Positions 1-8,853 of a stretch of 64,000 nucleotides of DNA are shown here, in pieces. Made by a program: the position numbers and the translations under genes. The DNA is from a virus, in IMG/VR virus record IMGVR_UViG_3300036766_000416, positions 96,001 to 160,000 of that record. One strand, written 5' to 3'. How positions within the stretch are numbered: the stretch's first letter is position 1; the number at the start of each line of letters is the position of its first letter. Below the pieces are notes generated by a model. That model saw only the letters and a program-made list of their open reading frames with translations, was not told where the DNA came from and did not search any database.

Positions 1-546
1 CTGCTACACTATGACCTGGAGTATGAGAACATTTTCAAGCTCGAATCCACCATGAAAAGTGGCTCACAAGGTGCCAAGATCAGCGGTGGTTTCAAAAAAC
101 AGATGCGCCTGGGCCTCCGCATGACGGAATCTGTGAAGCGTATTGGGTGCCTGAACCTTAAGACCTTTATCGAACAGGACAAGCTTTTGGTGACCGATTT
201 TGATACCATCTCGGAATTGTCCACCTTCACCCAGCAACTTCAGACATACAAGGCCGAAGAGGGGTACCATGACGACCTGGTGATGTGCCTGGTTATGTTT
301 TCCTGGCTGATGACCCAGAAGTATATCCGCGAATCACAGGGCATGGGCGTCGATATACGAAAAGCCCTTGAGGATGAGCAAAATTCGCGTATCGATGAGG
401 ACCTGGTACCCTTTGGATTGATTGATAATGGACTGGAGGAGGATGCCTTTGTCGAAGGCAATGACCTCTGGGTTAGGGCCAACAAAATGTACCCAGGGGA
501 TACCGGGGTCAAGTCCAATGACTATATCCGCAGAGGTGAAAGATAG
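1..546 (+). CDS. gp17: Terminase large subunit, C-terminal nuclease part (5' truncated by window edge)
   Basis: Frame 1 is open from base 1. Motifs GLRMT..VKRIGC.NLKT.IE and AEEGYHDDLVMCLV.F.W match the T4-like gp17 C-terminus; lies directly upstream of the tail sheath gene. Confidence 0.93.
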   Translation: MLHYDLEYENIFKLESTMKSGSQGAKISGGFKKQMRLGLRMTESVKRIGCLNLKTFIEQDKLLVTDFDTISELSTFTQQLQTYKAEEGYHDDLVMCLVMFSWLMTQKYIRESQGMGVDIRKALEDEQNSRIDEDLVPFGLIDNGLEEDAFVEGNDLWVRANKMYPGDTGVKSNDYIRRGER

Positions 547-557
547 GTAGCAAGAAT

Positions 558-565
558 CATAAATA
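558..565 (+). promoter_or_regulatory. T4-type late promoter (CATAAATA)
   Basis: One mismatch to the gp55 consensus TATAAATA, upstream of gp18; the same octamer recurs at 2560, 5391, 7715 and 61437. Confidence 0.7.
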
Positions 566-632
566 GACTGAAGGAAACCCTTACCATACGACCACTATAA
601 TTTGTTGTTCCTATAAAGCAAGGAGATCACCC

Positions 633-2534
633 ATGGCTTTCCAGTTGAGCGCCGGCGTTAATGTTTCAGAGGTCGACCTTACAACAATAGTTCCTACCGT
701 CTCCACAACCGTAGGAGCATTTGTCGGGCAATTTGTGTGGGGACCCGTGGATACCCGCATCTCAATAGACCAGGAAGTGAAGTTAGCCACACGATTCGGT
801 AAGCCCGATTCCAATACCTTTGTGTCATTCTTTACGGGTGCCAATTTTTTGGCTTATGGAAACAATCTTCTCCTCACCCGTGCAGCCAACACACTTTCGA
901 AGAATGCTGTCGCTAACACGACTGCGGGTGCCGCACTGTCGATCACGAATGAAGTGGTCTATGAGAACAGTTACTTCGATGGATCAGGAAACTTTGGTTC
1001 TTTCGCTGCTCGTTACCCAGGAGCCCTTGGAAACAATCTCAAGGTTTCGGTATGCGGTTCTGCCAATGTGTTCGCAAGCAACGTGTCAGTTCAAACTGGA
1101 CAATACGCACAAACATCCAGTGCAGGAGCCACCACGATTCCTACAACGGGAAACACCGCCGCCTATGTGCGACCTGGTGACCTGGTCAAGCTGGATGCCA
1201 ACCCCTACATCACGGTGACCTCAGCAAACGCAACCTATATCACTCTAGCCGCTGGGTTAACCACGGCGATTACTTCCAACGTTTCGATTCTTCGAAAGTG
1301 GGAATATGCTGATGAGTTTGACAGCGCCCCAGGTACCTCAGAGTATGTTTCTTCACGACTCGGATCAGGCGACGAACTTCACGTCATTGTCGTTGATCAG
1401 GATGGTGGTATCACCGGTTCAACCGACATCGTGCTTGAGAAATACCCATTCGTATCCAAGGCATCGGATGCCAAGCAAAGCGATGGCTCTTCAATTTATT
1501 ACCCAGTCGTAATTTTCAACAAGTCTGTTTGGATTTACTGGGGAGATCACGATCCTCTTGGCACGAACTGGGGCAATACCGCTCTCAGCACCATTTTCAC
1601 CGATGTCACGGTGGCCGAACGACTGTCATTGGTTGGTGGGGCCGATCAAACGGTTTCAACTGGAGACTTGGAACGTGGATGGGACCTCTATGCCGATGCA
1701 GATACCGTTGATGTGTCCTTGTTGATCACAGGAAACACTGACGCAACACTCGCCAACTACATCATCGACAACATCGCACTCGCCCGCAAGGATTGTGTGG
1801 TGTTCTTATCACCTCCTCGTGCGACTGTGGTTGACAATGTGGATTCTGAAGCTGATGACATTGTGACCTATCGCAATACCCTGTCCTCGACGTCCTATGG
1901 GGTTCTGGACAGTGGTTGGAAATACCAGTATGACAAGTATAACGACACCTATCGTTACCTTCCATTGAACGGTGACATTGCGGGACTCTGCGTTCGCACA
2001 GACACCACCAGAGACCCATGGTTCTCACCAGGTGGATTTGATCGTGGACAGATCAAGAATGTTGTGAAGCTTGCTTGGAACCCACGCAAGAATTTCCGTG
2101 ACACCCTCTACAAGAACGGGATCAACCCAGTCGTGACATTCCCTGGGGATGGCACCGTGCTCTATGGTGACAAGACCCTGTTGAGCAAGCCTTCAGCATT
2201 TGATCGTATCAATGTGCGCCGTCTGTTCATCGTGTTGGAGAAGTCGATTGCTCGTGCAGCAAAGTTTTCGCTCTTTGAATTCAACGACGAATTCACTCGC
2301 GCAGCGTTCCTCGCATTAGTAGAACCGTTCCTTCGTGACGTGCAGGGTCGTCGAGGTATTTTTGATTACCGAGTCGTCGCTGACAGTACCAACAATACTC
2401 CTGAAGTAATTGATCGTAATGAATTTGTTGGTGACATCTATGTGAAGCCGGCCCGCAGTGTAAATTATATCCAATTAAACTTTATCGCAGTAAGAACTGG
2501 GGTTTCGTTTGACGAAATCGTAGGAAAGTTCTAA
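633..2534 (+). CDS. gp18: Tail sheath protein
   Basis: N-terminal SAGVNVSEVDLT, GQFVWGP; C-terminal FDRINVRRLF and YVKPARSVNYIQLNF..VRTG are typical of gp18. Confidence 0.97.
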   Translation: MAFQLSAGVNVSEVDLTTIVPTVSTTVGAFVGQFVWGPVDTRISIDQEVKLATRFGKPDSNTFVSFFTGANFLAYGNNLLLTRAANTLSKNAVANTTAGAALSITNEVVYENSYFDGSGNFGSFAARYPGALGNNLKVSVCGSANVFASNVSVQTGQYAQTSSAGATTIPTTGNTAAYVRPGDLVKLDANPYITVTSANATYITLAAGLTTAITSNVSILRKWEYADEFDSAPGTSEYVSSRLGSGDELHVIVVDQDGGITGSTDIVLEKYPFVSKASDAKQSDGSSIYYPVVIFNKSVWIYWGDHDPLGTNWGNTALSTIFTDVTVAERLSLVGGADQTVSTGDLERGWDLYADADTVDVSLLITGNTDATLANYIIDNIALARKDCVVFLSPPRATVVDNVDSEADDIVTYRNTLSSTSYGVLDSGWKYQYDKYNDTYRYLPLNGDIAGLCVRTDTTRDPWFSPGGFDRGQIKNVVKLAWNPRKNFRDTLYKNGINPVVTFPGDGTVLYGDKTLLSKPSAFDRINVRRLFIVLEKSIARAAKFSLFEFNDEFTRAAFLALVEPFLRDVQGRRGIFDYRVVADSTNNTPEVIDRNEFVGDIYVKPARSVNYIQLNFIAVRTGVSFDEIVGKF

Positions 2535-2559
2535 GCACAATATCGGGATGAAAGAGTCG

Positions 2560-2567
2560 CATAAATA
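2560..2567 (+). promoter_or_regulatory. T4-type late promoter (CATAAATA)
   Basis: Octamer in the 18-19 intergenic gap, upstream of an AAGGAG SD. Confidence 0.7.
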
Positions 2568-2591
2568 AGTCTGTAAGTAAAGGAGTCTAAT

Positions 2592-3146
2592 ATGGCTTTC
2601 AACGTTTTTGAGTTCCGAAGTCAAATGCAGGGTGACGGCGCACGCCCAAACCTATTCGAAGTACAACTGACATTCCCAACAGCCGTTAACCCAGGGGCTG
2701 CCAACAAAAAGTTGACCTTTATGTGCAAGACCGCTTCGCTTCCAGGTTCGACCATCGGGCACGTGCCGGTGTTCTACTTTGGTCGTGAAACAAAGCTCGC
2801 TGGAAACCGCACATTCCCAGAGTGGACCTTATCAATCTTGAACGATGAAGATTTTGCGGTTCGTAACGCATTTGAAAAGTGGATGAATGGCATCAACCGT
2901 CATGTCAGCAACGTGCGCGACCTCTGGGCCGGAAATTCCTTAGGGTACTCAACGCAGGGATTGGTCAAGCAGTACAGCAAGACCGGTGACGTGTTGAAGC
3001 AATACACCTTCGAAGGTATATTCCCTGTGGATATTTCACAGATCGACCTGGATTGGGGCAGCAATGATACCATCGAAGAATACAGCGTGACACTTGCATA
3101 CCAATATTTCGTTTCTACATCTAAGGATAACACGGTCATTGTATAA
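2592..3146 (+). CDS. gp19: Tail tube protein
   Basis: GARPNLFEV, LPGSTIG, GR..KLAGNRTFPEWT...NDEDF, IDLDW.SNDTIEEYSVTLAYQY; follows gp18. Confidence 0.96.
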   Translation: MAFNVFEFRSQMQGDGARPNLFEVQLTFPTAVNPGAANKKLTFMCKTASLPGSTIGHVPVFYFGRETKLAGNRTFPEWTLSILNDEDFAVRNAFEKWMNGINRHVSNVRDLWAGNSLGYSTQGLVKQYSKTGDVLKQYTFEGIFPVDISQIDLDWGSNDTIEEYSVTLAYQYFVSTSKDNTVIV

Positions 3147-3154
3147 TAGGATTG

Positions 3155-3178
3155 GGGCGTCCTCGGGCGCCCCGTTTG
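3155..3178 (+). terminator. Probable intrinsic terminator after gp19
   Basis: GGGCGTC-CTCG-GGCGCCC stem-loop followed by GTTTGTGATTT. Confidence 0.55.
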
Positions 3179-3187
3179 TGATTTATT

Positions 3188-3670
3188 ATGGATAATGTTC
3201 ACCATATCATTCCTCGCCATGAATGGAAGAGACGATTCGGAAACTTTAGCGGTTGCAACTCACCTGATAATCTTGTGGTTCTCACCACCGAGCAACACGC
3301 TCAAGCCCACCTCTTTCTTTTTGAATTGAATCGACACCCATATGATCTAATTGCCTATGAGACCATATCTGGGAGAATAGGAAAAGACGAAGCCACTTTG
3401 CGGGCTTGGAAAGCCAGAGGTGCTCCCAGACCTAAGGGGTTCAAGATGGACCCGGCTCATAAAAGAGCTATTAGTTTAGCTAGCATGGGAAAACCAGGAA
3501 CTCGTAATGGTGCGACCTGCTCGCCCGAAACTCTTCGGAAACGATCAGCATCCTTACAAAATTTATCTAGGTTAACCTGTCCTAATTGCGGAAAAGAAGG
3601 TGGGCATTGTGCTATGAAACGTCACCATTTTAATAATTGTAAAATGAAGAAAGTGAGTAATATATCATGA
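3188..3670 (+). CDS. Free-standing HNH homing endonuclease
   Basis: HHIIPRH...NLVVLT.EQHAQAH motif; C-terminal CPxCxKxG...M.R.HF.NC module; inserted between 19 and 20 with an ATGA overlap into gp20. Confidence 0.85.
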   Translation: MDNVHHIIPRHEWKRRFGNFSGCNSPDNLVVLTTEQHAQAHLFLFELNRHPYDLIAYETISGRIGKDEATLRAWKARGAPRPKGFKMDPAHKRAISLASMGKPGTRNGATCSPETLRKRSASLQNLSRLTCPNCGKEGGHCAMKRHHFNNCKMKKVSNIS

Positions 3671-5382
3671 GTTTTCGTCTCTTCGGGTTTTCATTAGGTA
3701 AAACCCCTGAAATAACACAATTAGAAGATCCCGCCAAGCAGAATCTAGTTATCCCACAATCCCAGTTGGATGACGGAGCCGTCACGATAACCCAGGGCGG
3801 GTACACAGGGACGTATGTGGACCTGGAGGGTTCGGTTCGCAATGAACTGGAACTCATCACAAGATATCGTGAAATGTCCCTGCACCCAGAATGCTCTGAA
3901 GCGATTGAGGAAATCATCACCGAAGCGGTCACTGCAGATGAAGATGGTGAGATTGTTGGTCTGAACCTCGATAAACTCAATGTCCCCGCGAGCATCAAAA
4001 AGAAAATCATCGACTCGTTTGACAAGATCAAGTCCATGCTGTCGTTCCAGGACCTTGGTGAGGACCTGTTTAAGCGTTGGTATGTCGATGGTCGTCTGTA
4101 TTTCCAGGTCGTCGTGGATACCACAAAACCCAAAGAGGGTATCCAAGAACTCCGCTATATCGATCCTCGTAAAATTCGCAAGGTCCGCGAAATCCTCAAA
4201 GACCGCGACCCTCGCAGTGGTATCGAAATCATCCGTGCGACCAGCGAATACTACGTCTACAACGAGAACGGTCTCACCGCTCAAGCCTATACCGCAAGTG
4301 TGAATCAAGGTACCCGTATCGCCCCAGACTCCATCGTGTTCGTGCCATCTGGATTGCTGGATGCCAAATCCGTGATGGTGATTGGATACCTACACAAGGC
4401 CATCAAGTCTCTCAATCAACTTCGCATGATCGAAGATGCCGTTGTGATCTATCGGTTATCACGCGCCCCCGAACGCCGCATATTCTACATCGACGTGGGC
4501 AACCTACCCAAAGCCAAAGCTGAACAATACCTCAAGCAGATCATGACCCAGTATCGCAACAAGCTGGTCTATGATGCATCGACCGGCGAACTCCGCGATG
4601 AACGCAAGCACCTTTCTATGTTGGAAGATTTCTGGCTCCCTCGCCGTGAAGGTTCCAAGGGTACTGAAATCACCACGTTACCTGGTGGAGAGAACCTAGG
4701 TAAAATGGAGGACGTCGAATACTTCCAAAAGAAACTCTACAAGTCTTTGAACGTACCTATCGGACGACTCGATTCCCAATCAGGTGGTACAGGTGGCCTC
4801 CAGGGTCTTGGTCGTGTCGCTGAACTGACTAGAGATGAGGTCAAGTTCCATAAGTTCGTCCTACGACTTCGCAACAAATTCTCTCGGGTCTTCGATGAAG
4901 CATTGGCAAGAGACCTTGTCCTCACTGGGGTCTGTTCGCAAGAGGAATGGAGTGACTTTCGTGAGTATGTGACCTATGAGTATAAAAATGATAATAATTT
5001 CACCGAACTTCGTGATTCAGAATTGCTGAGGGAACGTATTGCGACCCTGATGCAGGTTCAACCGTTTATTGGCACCTACTATTCGAATACCTGGGTCAAG
5101 CGACATGTGCTCATGTTTGACGACAAAGAAATTGAAGAGATGCTGGATGAGATAGACGAAGAGACTAAACGTGGTGAGTTGCCCTTGGCACCATTGCCTG
5201 GACAAGAGGGACAACCTGGGCAAGGCGGTCAGCCTGGACAACCGGGTGGCGGAGGTGCAGCAGGTGCCCCGGCACCAGAACCGGTCGATAACACCGTAGA
5301 TACCTCAGAGGAACCTACGGAATCACTGACGCCGGGGTTGGATCGGGCAGTGGATAAGGCATTCAAGAAACGAGGCAAGTAG
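3667..5382 (+). CDS. gp20: Portal vertex protein
   Basis: RWYVDGR, YIDPRKIRK, YLHKAIK.LNQLRMIEDAVVIYRLSRAPERRIFYIDVGNLPK.KAEQY, EDFWLPRREG.KGTEITTLPGG. Confidence 0.98.
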   Translation: MSFRLFGFSLGKTPEITQLEDPAKQNLVIPQSQLDDGAVTITQGGYTGTYVDLEGSVRNELELITRYREMSLHPECSEAIEEIITEAVTADEDGEIVGLNLDKLNVPASIKKKIIDSFDKIKSMLSFQDLGEDLFKRWYVDGRLYFQVVVDTTKPKEGIQELRYIDPRKIRKVREILKDRDPRSGIEIIRATSEYYVYNENGLTAQAYTASVNQGTRIAPDSIVFVPSGLLDAKSVMVIGYLHKAIKSLNQLRMIEDAVVIYRLSRAPERRIFYIDVGNLPKAKAEQYLKQIMTQYRNKLVYDASTGELRDERKHLSMLEDFWLPRREGSKGTEITTLPGGENLGKMEDVEYFQKKLYKSLNVPIGRLDSQSGGTGGLQGLGRVAELTRDEVKFHKFVLRLRNKFSRVFDEALARDLVLTGVCSQEEWSDFREYVTYEYKNDNNFTELRDSELLRERIATLMQVQPFIGTYYSNTWVKRHVLMFDDKEIEEMLDEIDEETKRGELPLAPLPGQEGQPGQGGQPGQPGGGGAAGAPAPEPVDNTVDTSEEPTESLTPGLDRAVDKAFKKRGK

Positions 5383-5390
5383 TCAAAACA

Positions 5391-5398
5391 CATAAATA
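5391..5398 (+). promoter_or_regulatory. T4-type late promoter (CATAAATA)
   Basis: Octamer just after the gp20 stop, upstream of the prohead core genes. Confidence 0.7.
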
Positions 5399-5429
5399 AC
5401 AGCACTAACCTATATCAGGAGAATTACCC

Positions 5430-5813
5430 ATGTTGAACGAAGAATTATCCCCTATTGCTGACGTCATCACTCTGGTCGCCAACGGTCAAGCCGGAGAGGC
5501 CACTGGGCTTGTCCATGACCTTCTGGGTGCCCGGGTTCTGGATGCCTTGCAGAGTCACAAACAGGAAATCGCTCAGACGTTGTTTGCACCAAGTGCAGAT
5601 AGTCTCACAGAAGAGTCCGAACAGTTGGATGAACTCAGTAAGGGTACATTGGGAAACTATGTAAAAAAGGCGTCTCACCGAGCGGCCGATAAAGCCTATG
5701 AGACTGGTTATCAGGGTGGAAAAAAGTCAAGTACCGGATTTGGAGATGTCAGTGGAGAAATCAAGCGACACCGAGGTATCCGCCGTGCCGTCGATAAATT
5801 AGTGAAGAAATAA
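5430..5813 (+). CDS. Prohead core protein (gp67-like position) with LDELSKGTLGNYVKKA module
   Basis: Position between gp20 and gp68/gp21; helical N-terminus; AGGAG SD. Confidence 0.55.
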   Translation: MLNEELSPIADVITLVANGQAGEATGLVHDLLGARVLDALQSHKQEIAQTLFAPSADSLTEESEQLDELSKGTLGNYVKKASHRAADKAYETGYQGGKKSSTGFGDVSGEIKRHRGIRRAVDKLVKK

Positions 5814-5816
5814 TCC

Positions 5817-6308
5817 ATGAAAGAATTTACCGAGTTCCGCACAGAATTGAATGAAGGTATCGAGGACCTCGTCGAGCATGTGACGATGCCACCGAACATT
5901 TTAGTGCTCAGACGCCGAACCGTTCGTCAGTTTCCCGATGGCGTCATGGTCGCGTTGTATTACAATGACAAACTGGGTCTCCAGTTCAGCATCCCCTATG
6001 GTGGTCACGAAGAATCAGTGGTGACACCGGTGGCACTGAAAGAAGAGGAATTGACCGAATCGAGTGAAGAAGCTGCCGAGCACGGTGTCATTCAGCGACT
6101 TCGTAACATAAAAGATTTTCATGCTATCAATCATATCACACACGCTGACAAGACCAAGACTCATGTAGACCCAACGACCGCCCACGCGCTCTTGACGGTC
6201 CATGATGCGCTGCATCCAGACAATCAGAAAAAGTTTGCCGATCACCTGGGGCACTCAGCGATAAAATTCAATCGTATGGTGGACTTCGCTTGGAAGAGTG
6301 TGAAATGA
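5817..6308 (+). CDS. Hypothetical head-region protein, His-rich C-terminal half
   Basis: Intact ORF in the head operon with ATGA coupling to the next gene; N-terminus MKEFTEF..ELNE. Confidence 0.7.
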   Translation: MKEFTEFRTELNEGIEDLVEHVTMPPNILVLRRRTVRQFPDGVMVALYYNDKLGLQFSIPYGGHEESVVTPVALKEEELTESSEEAAEHGVIQRLRNIKDFHAINHITHADKTKTHVDPTTAHALLTVHDALHPDNQKKFADHLGHSAIKFNRMVDFAWKSVK

Positions 6309-6613
6309 GCACCATAGAGGTAGTCGGTGAATTGCTGACTGAGATTGCCAGCAGGAACCGCATGAAGCAGGGGCGCACGATTCTGATTCGCCGAAGAATC
6401 CGTAAGGGAAAACTTCAGCGCAACATTCGTCGTTCGGCCGTCAAAGGGTACACAGTTCGCCGTGGTAAGATTACTCGGATACCTGTGGCGCGAAGAATCC
6501 ACATGAGGATCGTGCAGAAGCGAGCAGCGAGAAAACGAAAATCTCATATGCAGCAAACACTCCGTAAGAGGAAGTTGAGTCTCAGGAAAAGAAAAGCACT
6601 TGGAATAAAATAA
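6305..6613 (+). CDS. gp68: Basic prohead core protein (gp68-like)
   Basis: Very Arg/Lys-rich ~100-aa ORF ending RKLSLRKRKALGIK, upstream of gp21; start placed at ATG 6305. Confidence 0.65.
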   Translation: MSTIEVVGELLTEIASRNRMKQGRTILIRRRIRKGKLQRNIRRSAVKGYTVRRGKITRIPVARRIHMRIVQKRAARKRKSHMQQTLRKRKLSLRKRKALGIK

Positions 6614-6622
6614 GGGGATACC

Positions 6623-7006
6623 ATGGGATTAGAAATTATCAATAAATTTCGGGGGCCTTCAATCATTCGCGTGACCAATGCGCTAGGTGCAACCACGATC
6701 AATCTGTCACAGTTGTCAGCTAACACGAACACTGAGAATGTCATCTCTGCAGTCATCACATCAGCAAAGTGGTCTCTGCAACCCACAACGGGCAACTTCA
6801 TTGTGAGCCGTGGGAACCCAGTCAGTCAAACAACCAACACGGTCCTGAACACCTGGCAAACAGGGTATTGGCAGCACGACGAAGGTGCGAAGGCCCTTGG
6901 TAACACCCCAACCGGAAATATTATCATAACCTTAGTGACCGATGGTACTGCAATTTTCACGCTGTCAAAAGATTGTACCTATAACGTCGATACCTCGATC
7001 CTGTAA
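6623..7006 (+). CDS. Hypothetical virion-region protein
   Basis: Intact 127-aa ORF with SD, immediately before gp21. Confidence 0.7.
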   Translation: MGLEIINKFRGPSIIRVTNALGATTINLSQLSANTNTENVISAVITSAKWSLQPTTGNFIVSRGNPVSQTTNTVLNTWQTGYWQHDEGAKALGNTPTGNIIITLVTDGTAIFTLSKDCTYNVDTSIL

Positions 7007-7015
7007 GGGAGAACT

Positions 7016-7693
7016 ATGAAGTTACTTAGAGAGCATTTCGAAAACGTCAAGGTCCTCACGGAATCGGATAAGCTGTCAGGCAAGAAATCCTTCTACATAG
7101 AAGGTATCTTCATCCAGACTGAGCGGCCGAACAAGAACCGCAGACAGTATTGCTTTGAATCAATGGACCGAGAAATCCAGCGATACACCAACACCTACAT
7201 CAAGGAAAACCGGGCGTTTGGTGAACTGGGTCACCCTGATACCCCAACGATCAACCTAGAGCGCGTCTCGCACCTCATCAAGGAACTCAGGGCCGATGGC
7301 AAGGACTTCTATGGCAAGGCCAAGATCCTCACCACCCCCTATGGCAAGATTGTGGAATCCTTGCTGGAAGAGGGCGCCAAAATCGCGGTGAGTACCCGTG
7401 GCCTAGGGTCTCTCGTAGCCGGACCTAATGGTGTCAACATGGTCCAGGACGACTTTCAGTTGGCCACAGCGGCCGACATTGTGGCCGACCCCTCAGCCCC
7501 CGATGCCTTTGTCCAGGGCATTTGCGAACAACGCGAATGGATTTTCGAGGCCGCCAAGGGTACCTGGGTGGAAAAGCAGGTCGAACAACTCTATGAGACC
7601 CTCCCAAAATACAACACCAAACAGCTACATGAAACCGCCGTCAAGCTCTTTATGGATTTCATGGACGGGATCACTGGTAAGGGCCGAAAATAG
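7016..7693 (+). CDS. gp21: Prohead core protease
   Basis: IEGIFIQ....NKNRR.Y, AFGELGHP, INLERVSH, VSTRGLGS, ADIVADPSAPDAFV.GI.E. Confidence 0.97.
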   Translation: MKLLREHFENVKVLTESDKLSGKKSFYIEGIFIQTERPNKNRRQYCFESMDREIQRYTNTYIKENRAFGELGHPDTPTINLERVSHLIKELRADGKDFYGKAKILTTPYGKIVESLLEEGAKIAVSTRGLGSLVAGPNGVNMVQDDFQLATAADIVADPSAPDAFVQGICEQREWIFEAAKGTWVEKQVEQLYETLPKYNTKQLHETAVKLFMDFMDGITGKGRK

Positions 7694-7714
7694 ACAGAGA
7701 CAGCGTCAAAGAAT

Positions 7715-7722
7715 CATAAATA
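7715..7722 (+). promoter_or_regulatory. T4-type late promoter (CATAAATA)
   Basis: Octamer upstream of the gp22 SD (AAGGAG). Confidence 0.7.
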
Positions 7723-7745
7723 ACACTCACAAGGAGAATTTTTCA

Positions 7746-8834
7746 ATGAAAACTTACAAGAGTAACCTACTTGAGGCAGCGGCCGAGATATTGAAGGGAA
7801 GCCTTGCTTCTGCCCCTAAAGAAGAGATGCGTAAAGTCGAGGGAGAGGTTCAGGACCTTGGTGGCGACACACCGACTAAGCACAGTGACGAAAAACTCGA
7901 CGTTCATGCGAAAGAAGCAACACCTCCTGGCAAGCAGCCAGACTCCAGCACCAAAGCCCCAGCCCAAAAGCTTGCGGGTTCTGATGCTCCAGTCATTGAC
8001 CCCACTGATGAAGGTGACGCGAGTGACGAACAGGAAGAAATTGAAAGCCGCGTTCACGCAGGTTTGTCAAAGGGCGACTTGACCGAAGAGTGGAAGCAAT
8101 CCATCTCTGAGGACGTTGCTGCAATTCTCGCATCCGAAACAGGACTTCCCAAGGAATTCTCATCCAAGATTGGTACCATCTACGAAGCTCGCGTGACCGA
8201 CAAGATTCAGAGCATTGCAGAATCCATCGAAGCCGAATACGCTAAAAAGTTTGAAGCCGCTGTGATCGAAGTGCGCGACAACTTGACCGAGCAAGTCAAT
8301 GACTATCTCGATTATGTCGTCGAAGAGTGGATGACCCAGAATGAACTCGCTATCGAAAAGGGACTTCGTTCCGAATTGACTGAGGAATTCATTGGTGGAC
8401 TCCGCAACTTATTCCTCGAACATTATATCGACATTCCAGTTGAGAAAGTTGACCTCGTTGACGAACTCGCCACCAAGGTTGAGGAATTGACCGGATCACT
8501 GAACGAAGAAGTCGCCAAGAGTATCGAACTCAAGAAGCAGCTTGGCGAATCCAAGAAAACCGAAATTCTCCAAGGCGTCTGTGAAGGATTGACACAGACC
8601 CAAGTTGAGAAAGTTCGCTCACTCGCAGAGAGCGTCGAACTCACCGCAGAAGGTGATTACAAGGAGAAGTTGTCCACAATCCGAGAGAACTACTTTCCCG
8701 CAACAGCAGGAAAGAAGATCGATGCGAAAGTGTTGACCGAAGCTCAGGAACCATTGGCTGAAGATAAACCAAAGGCCTACGTTGAAGCTGGAGTCTCCGC
8801 AGTCGCAGCAGCATTGAGCCGAACGAACAAATAA
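7746..8834 (+). CDS. gp22: Prohead core scaffold protein
   Basis: Acidic coiled coil with YLDYVVEEWM..NELAIE.GLRSELTEEFI.GL..LF.EHYIDIP; real start at ATG 7746 behind AAGGAG rather than the 7428 start in the ORF track. Confidence 0.93.
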   Translation: MKTYKSNLLEAAAEILKGSLASAPKEEMRKVEGEVQDLGGDTPTKHSDEKLDVHAKEATPPGKQPDSSTKAPAQKLAGSDAPVIDPTDEGDASDEQEEIESRVHAGLSKGDLTEEWKQSISEDVAAILASETGLPKEFSSKIGTIYEARVTDKIQSIAESIEAEYAKKFEAAVIEVRDNLTEQVNDYLDYVVEEWMTQNELAIEKGLRSELTEEFIGGLRNLFLEHYIDIPVEKVDLVDELATKVEELTGSLNEEVAKSIELKKQLGESKKTEILQGVCEGLTQTQVEKVRSLAESVELTAEGDYKEKLSTIRENYFPATAGKKIDAKVLTEAQEPLAEDKPKAYVEAGVSAVAAALSRTNK

Positions 8835-8853
8835 GATCACCTTCACAAGGAGT

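Noticed and set aside
7428-7745. 5' extension of gp22 given by the ORF track
   Set aside because: It overlaps gp21 out of frame; a late promoter and AAGGAG SD point to ATG 7746.
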